Assembly: GCF_001194135.2 (NCBI RefSeq)
Contig: NC_068984.1
Location: forward strand, 25,234,142 to 25,298,141
Length of the DNA stretch: 64,000 nt
Origin: Octopus bimaculoides
Taxonomy: Eukaryota
Direction of reading: 5' to 3'
The position numbers and the translations under genes are program-made. The notes beneath the pieces were generated by a model. That model did no database searches. It was not told the DNA's origin and saw nothing but the letters and a program-made list of their open reading frames with translations. Position 1 is the stretch's first letter; every line of letters starts with the position of its first letter. Shown here one piece after another: positions 36,718 through 50,163 of this stretch.

Positions 36718-38574
36718 TCTCTCTCTCTCTCTCTGTCTCGGGGGGATGAAGCACCAAACTAGTAATACTTGCACACCAACAACATTGGACAATACACAAA
36801 ACTAACACTTTCACACCAAAAACATTGTGCAATGAGATACCAAACTAACAATTCACACTAACAACATTCTGTCATATTTCACAAGGTAACACAATACATA
36901 CATGGCTTTTATTATTTTTAGTGTTACCACAGCTAATCTAACAGTTACGCCATAACCCTACTCTATAATTTGTTGCTTTGAATGAAGACAATTAAATGCA
37001 AAAGACTATGCTGTGAAGAAAACAAAGATGTAACAATGCTGAAGAGCTACAAAGGAAAAAGTAAATTAAATGTTACCTTACACCTATTAATTCTAATTAA
37101 GTTGACAGTGAAAGACAACAACGTAACCAGTTAATTACATTGAACATTTTGAGTATTATTTAAAGTAAATAAAGAGACTGATAACGATGATGACAAACAC
37201 AGCCAATGCAATAGTGACAACAAGATGCTTATGCAATCAACGAAATATTTAAGAAAACGACTAAATATTACGTTTTCTTTGCAATAAAGTAAATACATTT
37301 GGTGAAGTAAATTACAATAAAATTCTGAAGATACGAAAAAAATAATTTAGTTTCTAATTATTTAAGTCAACAAAAATGCAAAATTACTAGCATATGATTT
37401 TTTTCCCCTTAATTTATTTCTCCCATACACTTCACTCCTATGTCATTTATATTATGACTGATGTAGTTTGGTATGAAGAAATAAAATTAATTATAAACAT
37501 ATGGTACAGGTAAGAATATAACTGCTTTAAAAATCAAGTCTATTATTTTAAGTAGTTTGGTTACAAATTCAGCAACTTCAGAACAGACAACAATTAAGTA
37601 AACATAATTTTGTGGGTTAGGGAATAAATGTGTATATGTACTTGAATGTATGTGCGTGCATGAATGGTAAGTGCATATGTGATTGTGGTTAAGAAGTTCA
37701 TCTTCCAATTACATGGTCTTGGGTTCAGTCATACCACATGACACTTTGGGTAAGTGTCTTCTACTAACTATAGCCCAAGCTAATCAAAAGCCTTATGACT
37801 AGATTTGATTAACAAAAAAGAAGCCTCTTTCTTTCTTTCTTTCTTGCTCTCTCTCTCTCACGCATGCACTTGCCTCCATGTCTTGACATTACATAAGTTG
37901 TAAACGAGTGTCACTGTCATACAAGCAGTGTTATTTGTTTCCTATTTTCCATGAAAATATCTAGTCATGGAGAAATATTACCTTGCTTGGAAACAGGAAG
38001 GGTATATGGGCATAGAAAATTTAGCTGAATAACTTCCATGTGGCCCATGCATGAAAATGTAGAGGTTAAAAAATGATGATGTGGGCAAAAACAAACGAAA
38101 TTTATGTGTATGTTTACAGTGTATTGTCAAATTAATTTATTTGTGCAAGCAGTATGTGTTTGCATGTATGTGAAGTATTTTTAAGTGCCTGAATAGTGTG
38201 TCTGTGTTCAAAAGCAACAAAGAGACGACTATACACACAGATAGGATTATGAATGACTAGATGACTATATATATAATAACAATCTAAGGCCCCCAAATTA
38301 GTATTAGTACCAAATTTGTGTAAAATTTTACAACAATGTACTTAATTCTACTTTGTAAAGTAGACCTAACAGAGAACAAATTCCAAAACAGTGTGACATA
38401 ATACAATAGCTACAAACATATTATGCTTGGAAGCTGACCAGTGATATCCTATGCTTAACAAAATCAAGTAGTAGAGAATTTTGCATTCCACTAACTTGAA
38501 TACACAGACACATGCTGAAAACAAAAATTAACAGAGAACTCTTCATCAAAGAGACTTCCGACTGATCAGAAATC

Positions 38575-38576
<2 letters not shown>

Positions 38577-38632
<56 letters not shown>
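38577..38632. repeat. (TA)n microsatellite; other simple repeats: (TA)n at about 5452-5484, 20228-20264, 34433-34480, 57737-57763; (GA)n 7748-7783; (TC)n 39894-39971; (TG)n 50118-50156; (CA)n 10486-10504, 49861-49890, 59129-59158; (AAT)n 9721-9755
   Basis: Directly visible. Confidence 0.95.
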
Positions 38633-38641
<9 letters not shown>

Positions 38642-38939
38642 TTATGCCTAATTTTATACATGGTTCTTGGACAACAACCAGTCTGAATTAACTCATTTTT
38701 AGCAATCATACACACAATACACTAAATCTAATAGCTCAGAGGAACTGAAAATCAACTAATTAATTAATTAATCTTTCTATATAATTTTTAATTACATTTC
38801 AGAGGATGTTTTATTCCATTAGATCTTAGTTGACTTTTCTTCTTCAGTAAAATCTTTCCACCTTTTGAAACAGAGAATAACAGCAAACAACTACAATATG
38901 GTAATGAATATAATTTCAATAGAAAAGAAAATGTCTTAC

Positions 38940-39167
38940 CTCTGAAGATTCTCCATAACCTTCTTCTTCATCAGAATCTACCATGCTTTCTGTCAGGCCG
39001 CTGTACTCGAGGTCAACATTTTCCTGCCCATCTATCGAGGATTGCATTACATCTGACCCAGAGTATGCACTTGACGTGTCACTTGCCCGAGAATTCCGCT
39101 TCAACCAACTTTCCCTCAAACACTGGTCAGCCAGCCGAGTGAGATGGTTGGAATATTCTGGAGCCAT
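38940..39167 (-). CDS. RAPGEF2: PDZ-GEF exon 3: MAPEYSNH...SRASDTSSAYSGSD...VDSDEEEGYGESSE (76 aa)
   Basis: Acceptor aatttcag, donor GTAAGA; 228 nt, phase 0-0; Ser-rich then acidic VDSDEEE motif as in RAPGEF2/6. Confidence 0.92.
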
Positions 39168-39699
39168 CTGAAATTAAGATATTTAGTTATATTAGAAAAA
39201 TAGAAAACACAGTAACATTTATCAGTAAATAACACTACCCCGTACACATACATACACTTTGACCAATCTAAGTGAAGCTCTGAGTAGAATATTAATATGG
39301 AAATTTAAAAGTGTAAGAGGAAGAGAGGGAAAAATGATTCAGAGATGAAAGATAACAAGGAAATATTTAAATTATCGAATGACTTAACTGGTAAGAAAAT
39401 ATTCCTGTCCAAAGCTTCCCCAATACTAAAACAAATTCATCTGAAATCTCTGGTTAGTCTTCAAGTAAATCAGGTTTTTATCAACAATAAAAAAAATATT
39501 CCTGACTACAGCTCAAGTTATTTAAAAATAAAACTTTATTAAATCTGCCAACAAATAATACACCAATTACCATTTAAAATTTATTAAAATGATGAATCTA
39601 CAAAGATGAGAGAAAGCTAAAAATAATAGAGATGAATACCTGGAGAAAGTATTGACTTTTCTATCAAATACAATTTGAAGACCCGTCTACCACAGCAGA

Positions 39700-39892
39700 A
39701 TTAATACCAGTGCTGATGCCATGTTAAAAACAACCAGTACACTCAGTGGAGTGGTTGGCATTAGGAAGGGCATCCAGCCGTAGAAAGCATGCCACAACAG
39801 ACAGTGGAGTCTAGTGTGCCCCTGGCCTTGCCAGATCCAACCAAACTGTTCAACCCATGCCAGGAGAGAAAATGGACATTAAATGATGATGA

Positions 39893-39895
<3 letters not shown>
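39700..39895 (+). mobile_element. Short RTE 3'-end fragment; similar fragments at about 13480-13745, 18470-18670, 40420-40670, 41420-41595 (+) and 17930-18060, 21680-21790, 23640-23790 (-)
   Basis: Shared GGAAGGGCATCCAGCC and CCATGCCAG...GGACATTAAATGATGATG terminus. Confidence 0.65.
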
Positions 39896-39929
<34 letters not shown>

Positions 39930-42624
39930 CTCTCTCTCTCACTCTCTCTCTTTCTTTCTCTCTCTCTCTCTCACACACACACAAAATCATCATCATCATT
40001 TTAATGTCCACTCTTACATGCTTTCAAAGGTAAGACAGAATTTTGTTGTGGTGGATTTTCTACAGAAGCCCTTCGTGTTACCAACCTTCATTTGTTTCCA
40101 AATGAGGTAATATTTGCCCCCGCCCTCCCGATCAGACATGTTTTCATGGAAGATTGGAAACAAAAATGATACCACTTGCATAATGGTGACACTCACTTAT
40201 AACAATTGTATGATATCAAGGCAAGAAGATAGTAACACACACATATATGATGGAATTTTTTTCAATTTCCATCTACTAAATTCATTCATAAAGTTTTGGT
40301 TGGCTCAGGGCAATATAATAGAAAATACTTGCCCAAGGCAAGTGGGACTGAGTCTGAAACCATATGGTTGGGAAGCAAATTCCTTAATGCACAGTGGTAA
40401 GTGTAAAGGGTTAGCAAACAAAGGACGTGACACACTCTCTAATGCTGGTGTCACAATAAATCACATCCACCACAGTCTGTAAAATGGTTAGTATTAGGAA
40501 AAGTTCCAGACATAGAAATCATGCCAAATATAGATAGGACAAGTAAGACAGGGTTCTCCAACCCATCTAAGAGAGTAGTAACTCTAAATAAAAACTAGTG
40601 TGAACTGTGGTGACATTTCTCCAACCCACGTCTGGTATAGCAAGCAGAAGAAAAAGATGGTGATGATGGTACTGGACATGGATCAGAAAATAAATTCAAT
40701 ACTAATTAACAATACATGTGCATTGTTATTATATTATAGAACTAAATAGAAAAATAATAATTTGTCAGTTGCCTTCATTTAAAAAAAATCAACACTCTTA
40801 AAATGTTGGTTTGTTACATTGCTCATGGTAAAATGCCTCAAGTTAATCACTGGTTTAACCAGGTTTCAATTTAGCACAAGACTTTTGTGTTTGGCCTTGG
40901 TTATTTTAGATTACAGCAGAAAATAGCAATAACTACTGACAGATTTAACCAATTTTATAATAACACAGGTCAGTGTCCTTTTCTCATTAGATGTTTACTG
41001 ATTAAGACATATTTAACATCACACTTTAGTCATAAGAATCTAAATATTATTACAAAATAATCAAACTTGAATACAAGGATTAAACTTAGAAAACAAGTTG
41101 CCCGGAACTTATTTGAAGCAGTCACTGGATTAATGTTACTTTAAACTTCTTTTCTTTAGACTACATTGGAAAACCAAGACATGAGAGACTGTTGATTGGG
41201 GACATCTAAAAATAATAATTTGAGATGCAATTAACATTTTTTTTAACAGAACACCATCATGAGCTAATTGACCTGCTAGAAATTGCAGGCCCAATTTCCC
41301 TAAAAACCATGCCTTACAAAGTACATAATTTTACACAACCCTAAAAAGACAAAATGATATAGCTAGACAGACTTAGACTATTGGCTTGCAAGATAAGGGC
41401 TTCAATGCTACAAAATATTTGATATCTAATGGTACATAAAAGTAGGGTAATATGCATATGGCTGTAGACAGTTGCATACAGAAATGCTGATCGTGCCAGA
41501 ACAAACAATGGAGCCTGGTGAGGCCCTTGGCCTTACCAGCTCTGGTTAAACTACGCAACTCATGCCAACATGAAAAACAGACTTATGATGATGATAGGGT
41601 AGTTTCAGATTCAGCCTCACTGCACAACAATAGTCACAAGCTAATCAATGCCTTGTGAGTGAATTTAGATGGAAATTGTGTTGAAGCCCATCATACATGT
41701 ATGTGTGTAATGTGTATCATTGTCACACCACTGCTTGACAACCATTTTTGGTTTGTTTACATCCCTGTATCTTAGCCGTTCAGCAAAAGAGACTGATAGA
41801 GTAAGTACAAATTTTATAAGTAAGTAGTGGGGTCCATTTTTACAACTAAACTCATCAAGATGATGCCCCAGCATAGCATAGTTCAAGTAAAAGATAAAAG
41901 ATAATGATAAAGAAGTTTTTACACAGTTTTTCGAGCAAACAAGAGACAACATAAGAAAAATGGATGAAAAGAAAAAAAATTTGTTGACATAAAAATAGAG
42001 AGAAACCAGCAACATTGTCTGTGTGAAATGTGCATGTAAAGCTTTAATATATAAGTCAATAATATTGTGTGAATATAGTAAGATGGCACAAAAATGTAAA
42101 ACCATGATACACTGGGGGTTAATGGGAAATTTTAATTCAAAACTGGGCCATTGCCAGACAGCAGTTATTACTGAGAAGTGATTGTTTTAATATCTTTGGG
42201 GATTTCTAAGTATAAACTGATAAAGTAATGGAGTCATGGAAACCAGTTATTAATTATAATATTGTCGAAAGTGTGCAAAATTAAAAGTTTACTATATACT
42301 TAGTCATAATCATCATTATACTATATTCTACTAGAACTTTGCAATGAGATTCTTCCACTGTAATACAGAGGAAGTGTTGTGCTATAATGATGAAAAGGAT
42401 GCTATGAGTGGCACCCTGGCTCCTCCTAATAACAAATTCTAAGAATGAGAGAGAGGTGAGAGAAGAATCAATTAGGGTACTTAGACTGGTACTTCATTTT
42501 ATCAACCCTAGGAAAATGAAAGGCAAAGTTGGCTTTGATAAGATTTGAACACAGAATATAAAGAGTTGGAACAAATAGCAGAGGACATTTATTCAATGCC
42601 AAAGACCTTCCTCACTATACTATG

Positions 42625-43024
42625 TGGTTTTGTTTGTTTGTTGTTGGCACTCCGTCGCTTACGACGTCGAGGGTTCCAGTTGATCCGATCAACGGAACAG
42701 CCTACTCGTGAAATTAACGTGCAAGTGGCTGAGCACTCCACAGACACGTGTACCCTTAACGTACTTCTCGGGGGATATTCAGCATGACACAGTGTGACAA
42801 GGCTGACCCTTTGAATTACAGGCACAACAGAAACAGGAAGTAAAAGTGAGAGAAAGTTGTGGTGAAAGAGTACAGCGGGGTTCGCCACCATCCCCTGCTG
42901 GAGCCTCGTGGAGCTTTAAGTGTTTTCGCTCAATAAACACTCACAACGCCCGGTCTGGGAATCGAAACCATGATCTTATGACCGCGAGTCTGCTGCCCAA
43001 ACCACTGGGCCATTGCGCATCCAC
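42625..43024 (-). mobile_element. CpG-rich tRNA-derived SINE (third family), apparently young
   Basis: Minus-strand head TGGCCCAGTGG...GGTTTCGATTCC; many intact CpGs; decayed partial copy at about 49960-50065. Confidence 0.7.
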
Positions 43025-46000
43025 ACTATGTGGTAGAGTCAAAAGAAAAGAAACAAAAAAATTCTTTTTAACTAAATGGACTTGACCAAGGATCTAAGAA
43101 AACTCTGGAAAATGCAAGCATAAGTTATCCATACTGTCATAAAAACAGCAAGGTAAACACCAAAATAGTTGATCGAGACACCCAGGAACTTTGGAAATTA
43201 AGACAGAAATAACAGTTTTGAAAACACATCATTATCTCTATTCTGCAAGAATTCTTCACTTGGTCATTGAGACTATTGGTATGATTTATAGGTCATGACG
43301 TTAGTGTTGATGATGATGGTGATTGTCATGATGATACATACATTCAGTGCTAGTTTCATAGTTGAACACAAGAAAGGATAGTAAAGTGAATACTTTTTGA
43401 GAGTTCAATAGAATTCCTAAGTTGTTTTTCTCTCCAAGAAAAATAGATTAATGCAAAATATTTCATGTGAAAAATAAGTAGGAGCAGCAGGTAAACTGAC
43501 AAATACAGCTTGATGTTCTAACTGAATCTGAGATAGATTGAACTAGTTCTGTAGAGAATAGGTGATTGTAATCAATTTCAAAGAGCCTAGACTCCAATAA
43601 CCGTTTTAACACCTACATTATTGAGATTGATTTCTTAAGTACTTTAATTTCATCTAATTATCTATTCTTGTCAACAAGTTTGACCTCTTTTTGTGAAACA
43701 AAGCATCGTAAACCCAAACTAGCAGCATTAGTTTGATATTAGTGTTTGCAGAACTCATTGCTAAACAAAATACAAAGGCATTAGCTTTGTTCAATTTAAT
43801 ATATAATATGAAACAAAAATGTTTTTAGAATATATTCCTTGTTTAAAAAAACAACATAATTATCAAAATTTAGCATCATAATCCTCAATTCTAAACGAAA
43901 GCAGATGAAAATGATGATGAGGAGAGATAGAGTATCTACTCAGAAATTAGGTGAAGTGAGTTCAAAATGTCATCATTAATTCAACGCTTAATGATTTAGC
44001 CACTTGAAAGAGAGTAGTGAGAAAAGTATTTTACTCATCTAATGTCTGTAAAGAGACACTAGATTGTACATCAAATCTGAAGAATATACATCATCATCAT
44101 CATCAAACAAACTGAAGAACTTTGTCTACTTTGGTATAGTTTCTATAGCTGGATGCCCTTCCTAATGCCAACCCCTTTACGAAGGATGTTTGTATGTGTT
44201 AGAATAGCTTGTTATTTGAAACTTCTTTACAGAGGAGTTGAAGTGTTACAGGATAAGTTCTTTAAATTATGCTAAAATCAATCTAAATATCAAAACAGTA
44301 ACTTCATATTGTCTAAAGAGGAAAAAATACTAATTGAAGGAAGATGTGTAATATGATATTTTTGCAAAAGTAAGGAGTGGTGTGTTTACACAAAAAGTTA
44401 GATCAATATTATACCAAAAGGAAGGGTATAATATATATTTATATGTACATACTACACTTCTTTTTTTCTTCATCTCCATGATACATGAAAACTATAGTTT
44501 ACCTATTTCCTTTAATCCTAACTGTGAGGCCACATCCAGGATACTATGACCAGAAGTTATACCTATTGACCAAGTTGATATGTAAATCTCTTTTACAATG
44601 TTGCATTTTTCTCTGGTCAGATGCACTTCTTGACACCAAAAGTTTTTTTTTTTCAAGTAAAGCACTTCATTTTTCATATATCAAACCACCAAGCTGTGTG
44701 AGGTTATTGTATATGGGCAACATAAACACTGCTGCCAAAGGAATGTGTAAGCAAAGACATACAGACAGTTTCCATCTGCAAATTTCACTCACAAAGCATT
44801 CATTAACCTGAAACTAAAGTAAAAGACACATGCCCAAGGTGATACGCAATAAGACTAAACTCAAAACTATGATTGTGAAATAAACTTCTTAACCACACAG
44901 CTATACCAGTGCTTTCTCCAATAGTGATAATATATTGAATGCTCATTATACATCATGTGTATGCTCACATCAGATCTTATTCATCAAGGCCTAGTTGTTA
45001 CTTAATTCACAACACATCACATTGATTAAGAAGTAAAACAGAAATAAATTGTACTTAGCTCTTGTCAATACACTTACAAGAATATACACTTCTTAAATAT
45101 TTGTTTCAATAACTGCTATAAAAAGAAATAACACAAAGGCATTCCTACCATGACCATCCACTCAATAAAGTTCTTAATAAATATGCATTATGTATCATTT
45201 AATAGTTGTAAAAATTATTTAATATTTTCAATTTATATAAAAAATATTTTATTTTATTAAATAATCTGAACATTATATTAAATTACATGCATTACACATT
45301 TCTATTATGGCAAAAAAAGTTTTAAAAAATTTTAAATATGTTCTTGTAACAATATGTATAGATAAACTATGTACATGACCATCAGGTGCCCTTTTATAGC
45401 CGATAAGGTGCACCTTTATATAACCAAAACTGGTAATGTTCAAAAGTCATTTTTGAATTTGCTCTTTGCTTTGTTAAAAATGTATCAACTTTTCCAATGT
45501 ATTTTATGTAGCAATTATAAATCTGACTAAACATTCCTTTTTCCAAACATTAAAGAAAAGCCAGTGTATATTATAGCTGAGATAATTTTCTCAAGGATTT
45601 CATTGCCCCATAATTAAGAGAGCACGTCATACAAAGTGCACATCAAATAAAGAATAACATGAAGATTGTTGCAAATAATGAATAGAACAACATGATTACT
45701 AATAATCATAATATAAATTAATTGTATACAACAGAAAATAATTCTAAGTTAAGATAGAATCACTTCTTTTCACATATTACCATTTATCTACTTAGGTACA
45801 ATTTCTATTTCAAAATTCATTCTAAGTATAATTACTGAAAGAACATGGATGGCTGAGTCAACATTAGAATGAAATGAGCAACTGCTAGTGATTTGTATCC
45901 TATCATTGGCACTGTATTGTTTTGTCCATAACCAAGACACTTAATTCTCAATGGCTAATTCTCTCTGTAAGCAGTAACTTCATTGTAAACTTAATGAGTA

Positions 46001-47312
46001 ATTGATTAGCTTGCAGATGTGAGCTTAATTGCTCTTGTAAAAAAAAGAAAAAAGAAAAAAAAGAGTTGCTTGTGATAGCTTGGCATTCTATCCAGAAGTG
46101 TTGGAAGCAATTAAGCTCTACTCAGAGCACAAAATAAGAGGGTCCACATTTGTGTTGCACCCACCACCTCAACACACGACTATTACCACCACTACCACCA
46201 CACCAGGCCACTTCTATACTCCTTGCTTTATACAAGCATTGAAATTGCTCAATTTTATCAGCTTGTGTCTTTAATACACATTGCATATAGTCAATTGCAA
46301 AATAATGTAAAAACCCCTCTGTTTCATCATCAGAGCTGATCACTGTAGGAATGTAAACACTAATCAAGGTGATAAATTCATGGTTTGCAATATTAATATA
46401 TGAATTATAAATTTAATCAATGGCTGCAATCAAATGACTGAAACCAGTAAAACAACAATAGAATTATTCATACTACACAGTGATCAAGATAAATAAATAA
46501 ATAAAATCTTCAAAGATACAGTCACAATATGGTTCAGACAATGGACCAGTGGTCAGCTCAATCTTAAGCACAGAACTTGCCATGTATGTAAGATTAAAAG
46601 AATCCGCTTCCCTCAGCCTGTTCTGACATTTATCAAGACTGACTTAGGTAAAGTTGACAAGGGTATATATCATTCACACAGCTCATGTCCTGACTATTTA
46701 TATTAAATACTAGATCAGCTTGGCTAAGAAATGCTAGTATGAAAAACATCAATGTTCAAACAAAGCAATAGATAAATAATGGCCAAATTTCAAACATTCT
46801 AACAACTGAAATATTACATAAGAATTGAATTAATGCATTTAGATGTTGACTGGTTATAATTAATCAAAATATTTTTATTGGAAATTTTAATGAAAAGGTC
46901 AGCAATTTATGTTGAAAACTAAAGCTAATTCAGAAATGTCAATGCTCTTAAAGTATGAAACAAAGTTACAGACAAAGTATCAAGTGTACTGGTATTAGTC
47001 AATAACAGTTTAGAAACTGATTCTCTGCTTCTAAACTTTTACCTTCAAATTTGTGATTGGTTAGACAGGTTTACAAAGTTTAACATTAATAAACATTTTC
47101 TGAGTTGGCATTGAATAATTAGAATAAATTATTTCTAAATATTGTAGAGAAGAATGAGATAGTATATTTTAATTACATATTTTAAAGTAAATAAAGCTAT
47201 TTTGATTAAAAAAAAAAAAATGTGAAATTCCCAAAGTAGAATTCAAGTTCATGATACACACTACAAATACCGTTTATTTGATATTCAGCATGTACATGAA
47301 ATATGTACTCAC

Positions 47313-47556
47313 TTGGTCAGTGCTAGAGTCGGAATGCATTCGATTAAACTTCATATTGGGGTCAACTCCAGCCACAGAATGCTCTGGAGGTACATTCATA
47401 ATGGCACCTCCACCGTGCCGCTGTTGTTGTTGTTGGTGGTGGTGATGGTGGGGATGATGTTGTTGGTGGTGTTGCTGCTGCTGCTGTTGTGGAAGTTGGT
47501 GTTGTTGCTGCTGCTGTTGTTGTTGTTGTTGTTGTTGTTGCTGCTGTTGTTGGTGC

Positions 47557-47588
<32 letters not shown>

Positions 47589-47642
47589 CTGTTGTTGTTG
47601 TTGGGATCCACCTTTCAGAAGGTGAACATCAGGATAACCAAT
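47313..47642 (-). CDS. RAPGEF2: PDZ-GEF exon 2: IGYPDVHLLKGGS-polyQ/H-...MHSDSSTDQ (110 aa)
   Basis: Acceptor tttttttcag, donor GTGAGT; 330 nt, phase 0-0; open through the CAA/CAG tract. Confidence 0.85.
47421..47603 (-). repeat. Coding CAA/CAG/CAY tract: 61 codons, 46 Gln and 12 His, longest pure run Q17
   Basis: Counted codon by codon inside exon 2. Confidence 0.95.
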
Positions 47643-49495
47643 CTGAAAAAAAAAAAAAACTTCAAAAATCATTTTTCTGCTAATAAAGGTTAAATTCAGA
47701 AATAGAGAACAGGGACTGAACAAAATATTTTACTGATAATTTTATTAAATTCATTAAAAAAGATTTCAATAAATATTCAAATTATTCTTAAATCATAAGT
47801 ACTCAATGTAATGAATATTCATATTGTTGCTCTTAGCTCTTCTCTTAGATCTTCCAGTACTGTCAGCACAATGGACAACAAGCCTCGTTCAAACATCCCA
47901 ATTGCCCACTTTCCTCTTAGCTACTGGAGCTACATGTAATTCTCTAACTCCCTTGTCCCTAAAATTGCAGACCTTGTACCAATTTAAAACAATTATTTGG
48001 TGTGAGCAATAAGTAAGATCGATTATGGTTAAATTTCATTACAATTCACAATTATACCCACTAAGAAATCAAGATAAACCACATTAAGTTCTTTTCCAAT
48101 TTGCACCTCTGAAAATTCCTGAATAAAGCAAATGTATGAATCAAGTAAATATGTCGAAGTATTTACACTACAATATAGGAGTTGGAATATAATTAACAGT
48201 AAAGCCAAAGTGTTAATTGCTAAAGAATAACATTTCTATATTTATTTTGCACACATACTTCTCCAGAGAGATAGATTAAATCTAATATACCTATGGAAGG
48301 TTTATTTTGTTTCATTCTGAACATTTGTTATAAGCATGAATCTTAACTCTGATGAAATAAAGCTAAATTCTTAAATTCTCACAGCAGATGTCAGTTGAAG
48401 AAGAGTTCTAGGCTGTGTTGATTCAGTAAAATATCTTTGGCTGTACTTCTGGTTCACTGGTGATATGAGAATACAATAAATTCCTTGCATCTCTCATATG
48501 AATTGAGCTTGCTTATTCTATCTTTAATAAACTGATTATATGTAGGGGTTTACAACATAATTCAGGTAAAAATCTATCCTGACTACCAACATGATTAAGA
48601 AAGAAAGTTACTAACAGTAAAAGGATGAATCAGCTGAAATAGAAATTATCTTAGCTAATTAGGTTCTGTACATATTTAAAAAAAATTAGTTTCTCCAAGT
48701 TAACATTTTGAGCTAAAAGTGGATAAAAATTGCTTAATGATCTAATAGAGTTGATATGCATTCCAATTACAAGTGAAAATTATTGTTAATGCAGTATCTA
48801 ATATTATCTTATATTTTTTTAACTGGGTAATCAATACTAAGTCGGGAGTTCTAATCTTACTAAATACAGCTGTTATAAAATTTTACATTGGAAGCATTTT
48901 TTTTTTTTAATTACACTTTTTAGCAATATTGGCTTAAACATTTCTACCAATCAATGATGCAAAAAGTATTGCACAGGGAATACATTCATAAAATATTTCC
49001 ATAAAGTACTCATGTAAGGCAGATAATTAAAACTATGCTCATATGGATAATGTGGATAGAAACCAAGAAATAAAATAATCAAAAAGCATTAAGATTAAAT
49101 TGCGTATGTGAGAACTTAACTAAGGTTGTATCAGTACAAAGTAACTTCAGATATTAAGTTTAAATCAACATCAGTTTGGCAAATGTTTAGTGAAACACAC
49201 ACAAGCTAAAAAAATTACTTTCCCAGAAATTACATGCATTAAATCAGGCATAGAAGAAAATTTGAAGCGATTTAAAAAAAAAAGGAAAGGAAATATGTAG
49301 TACATTATGTAAATGAAATAGAAAATAAATTGTGAAAAAAATACCATCATCTTCTTTAAATAACATCTTTTTTTACAGTTAATTGTTCAGAATGATGACA
49401 AATGCAAAAATTAACATTTGGACACTCAATAGCACTATTATGCAAGAGACTAATATAATGTATAAACCTGCTATATTAAACTTCTTACCACACAA

Positions 49496-49859
49496 GTATG
49501 GCTGTGTGGTAAGAAATTTGCTTCCTAACCACATGGTTCCAGGTTCAGTCCCACTGTGTGGCACCTTGAGCAAGTGTCATCTATTATAGTCTCGGGTTCA
49601 CCAAAGACTTGTGAGTGGGATTGGTAGATGGAAACTGAAAGAAGCCTGTCATGTGTGTGTTTGTGTATTTCCCACCACTGTTTGACAACCAGTGCTGATG
49701 CATTTATGGCCATGTAACTTAGCAATTCAGCAAAAGTGATCAATGGAATAAGTATCATGCTTACAAACAAAACAATACAAAAAAGTACTAGGATCGATTT
49801 ATTCAATCAAAATTCTTTAAGGCAGTGCCCCAGCATGACCACAGTATAATGAGAGAAAT

Positions 49860-49860
<1 letters not shown>
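49496..49860 (+). mobile_element. tRNA-derived SINE family A, near-complete copy
   Basis: Head TGGCTGTGTGGTAAG...GGTTCAGTCCC, body GGCACCTTGAGCAAGTGTC, central (TG)n; other plus copies or parts at about 14830-15050, 37680-37800, 41620-41900. Confidence 0.85.
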
Positions 49861-49893
<33 letters not shown>

Positions 49894-50115
49894 GAAAGTA
49901 ATTTCCATCAGTCTCAACAATTAGTCTTCAAGTTGTTCAAACAACTGAACACCGTGTTAATTGTACTGTTGTGTAAGTAGCTGAGTATTCCACAGACACT
50001 TCTCTCCTTAAAGTAATCAGTGTCAATGTATGAAGAGTTTGGCCTTTGAATTACAGGCACAGTCTTTGCAAAAGAGGTTGTCACACTTGCCCATCTATTC
50101 ATTTACAAGGCGTAG

Positions 50116-50163
<48 letters not shown>

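Noticed and set aside
38496-38514. 19-nt segment between ttttcag and GTTAGT as a microexon
   Set aside because: Not a multiple of three and no other support; compatible with chance.
47313-47693. Poly-Leu, poly-Val and poly-Asn ORFs in other frames
   Set aside because: Alternate-frame and antisense readings of the polyQ exon.
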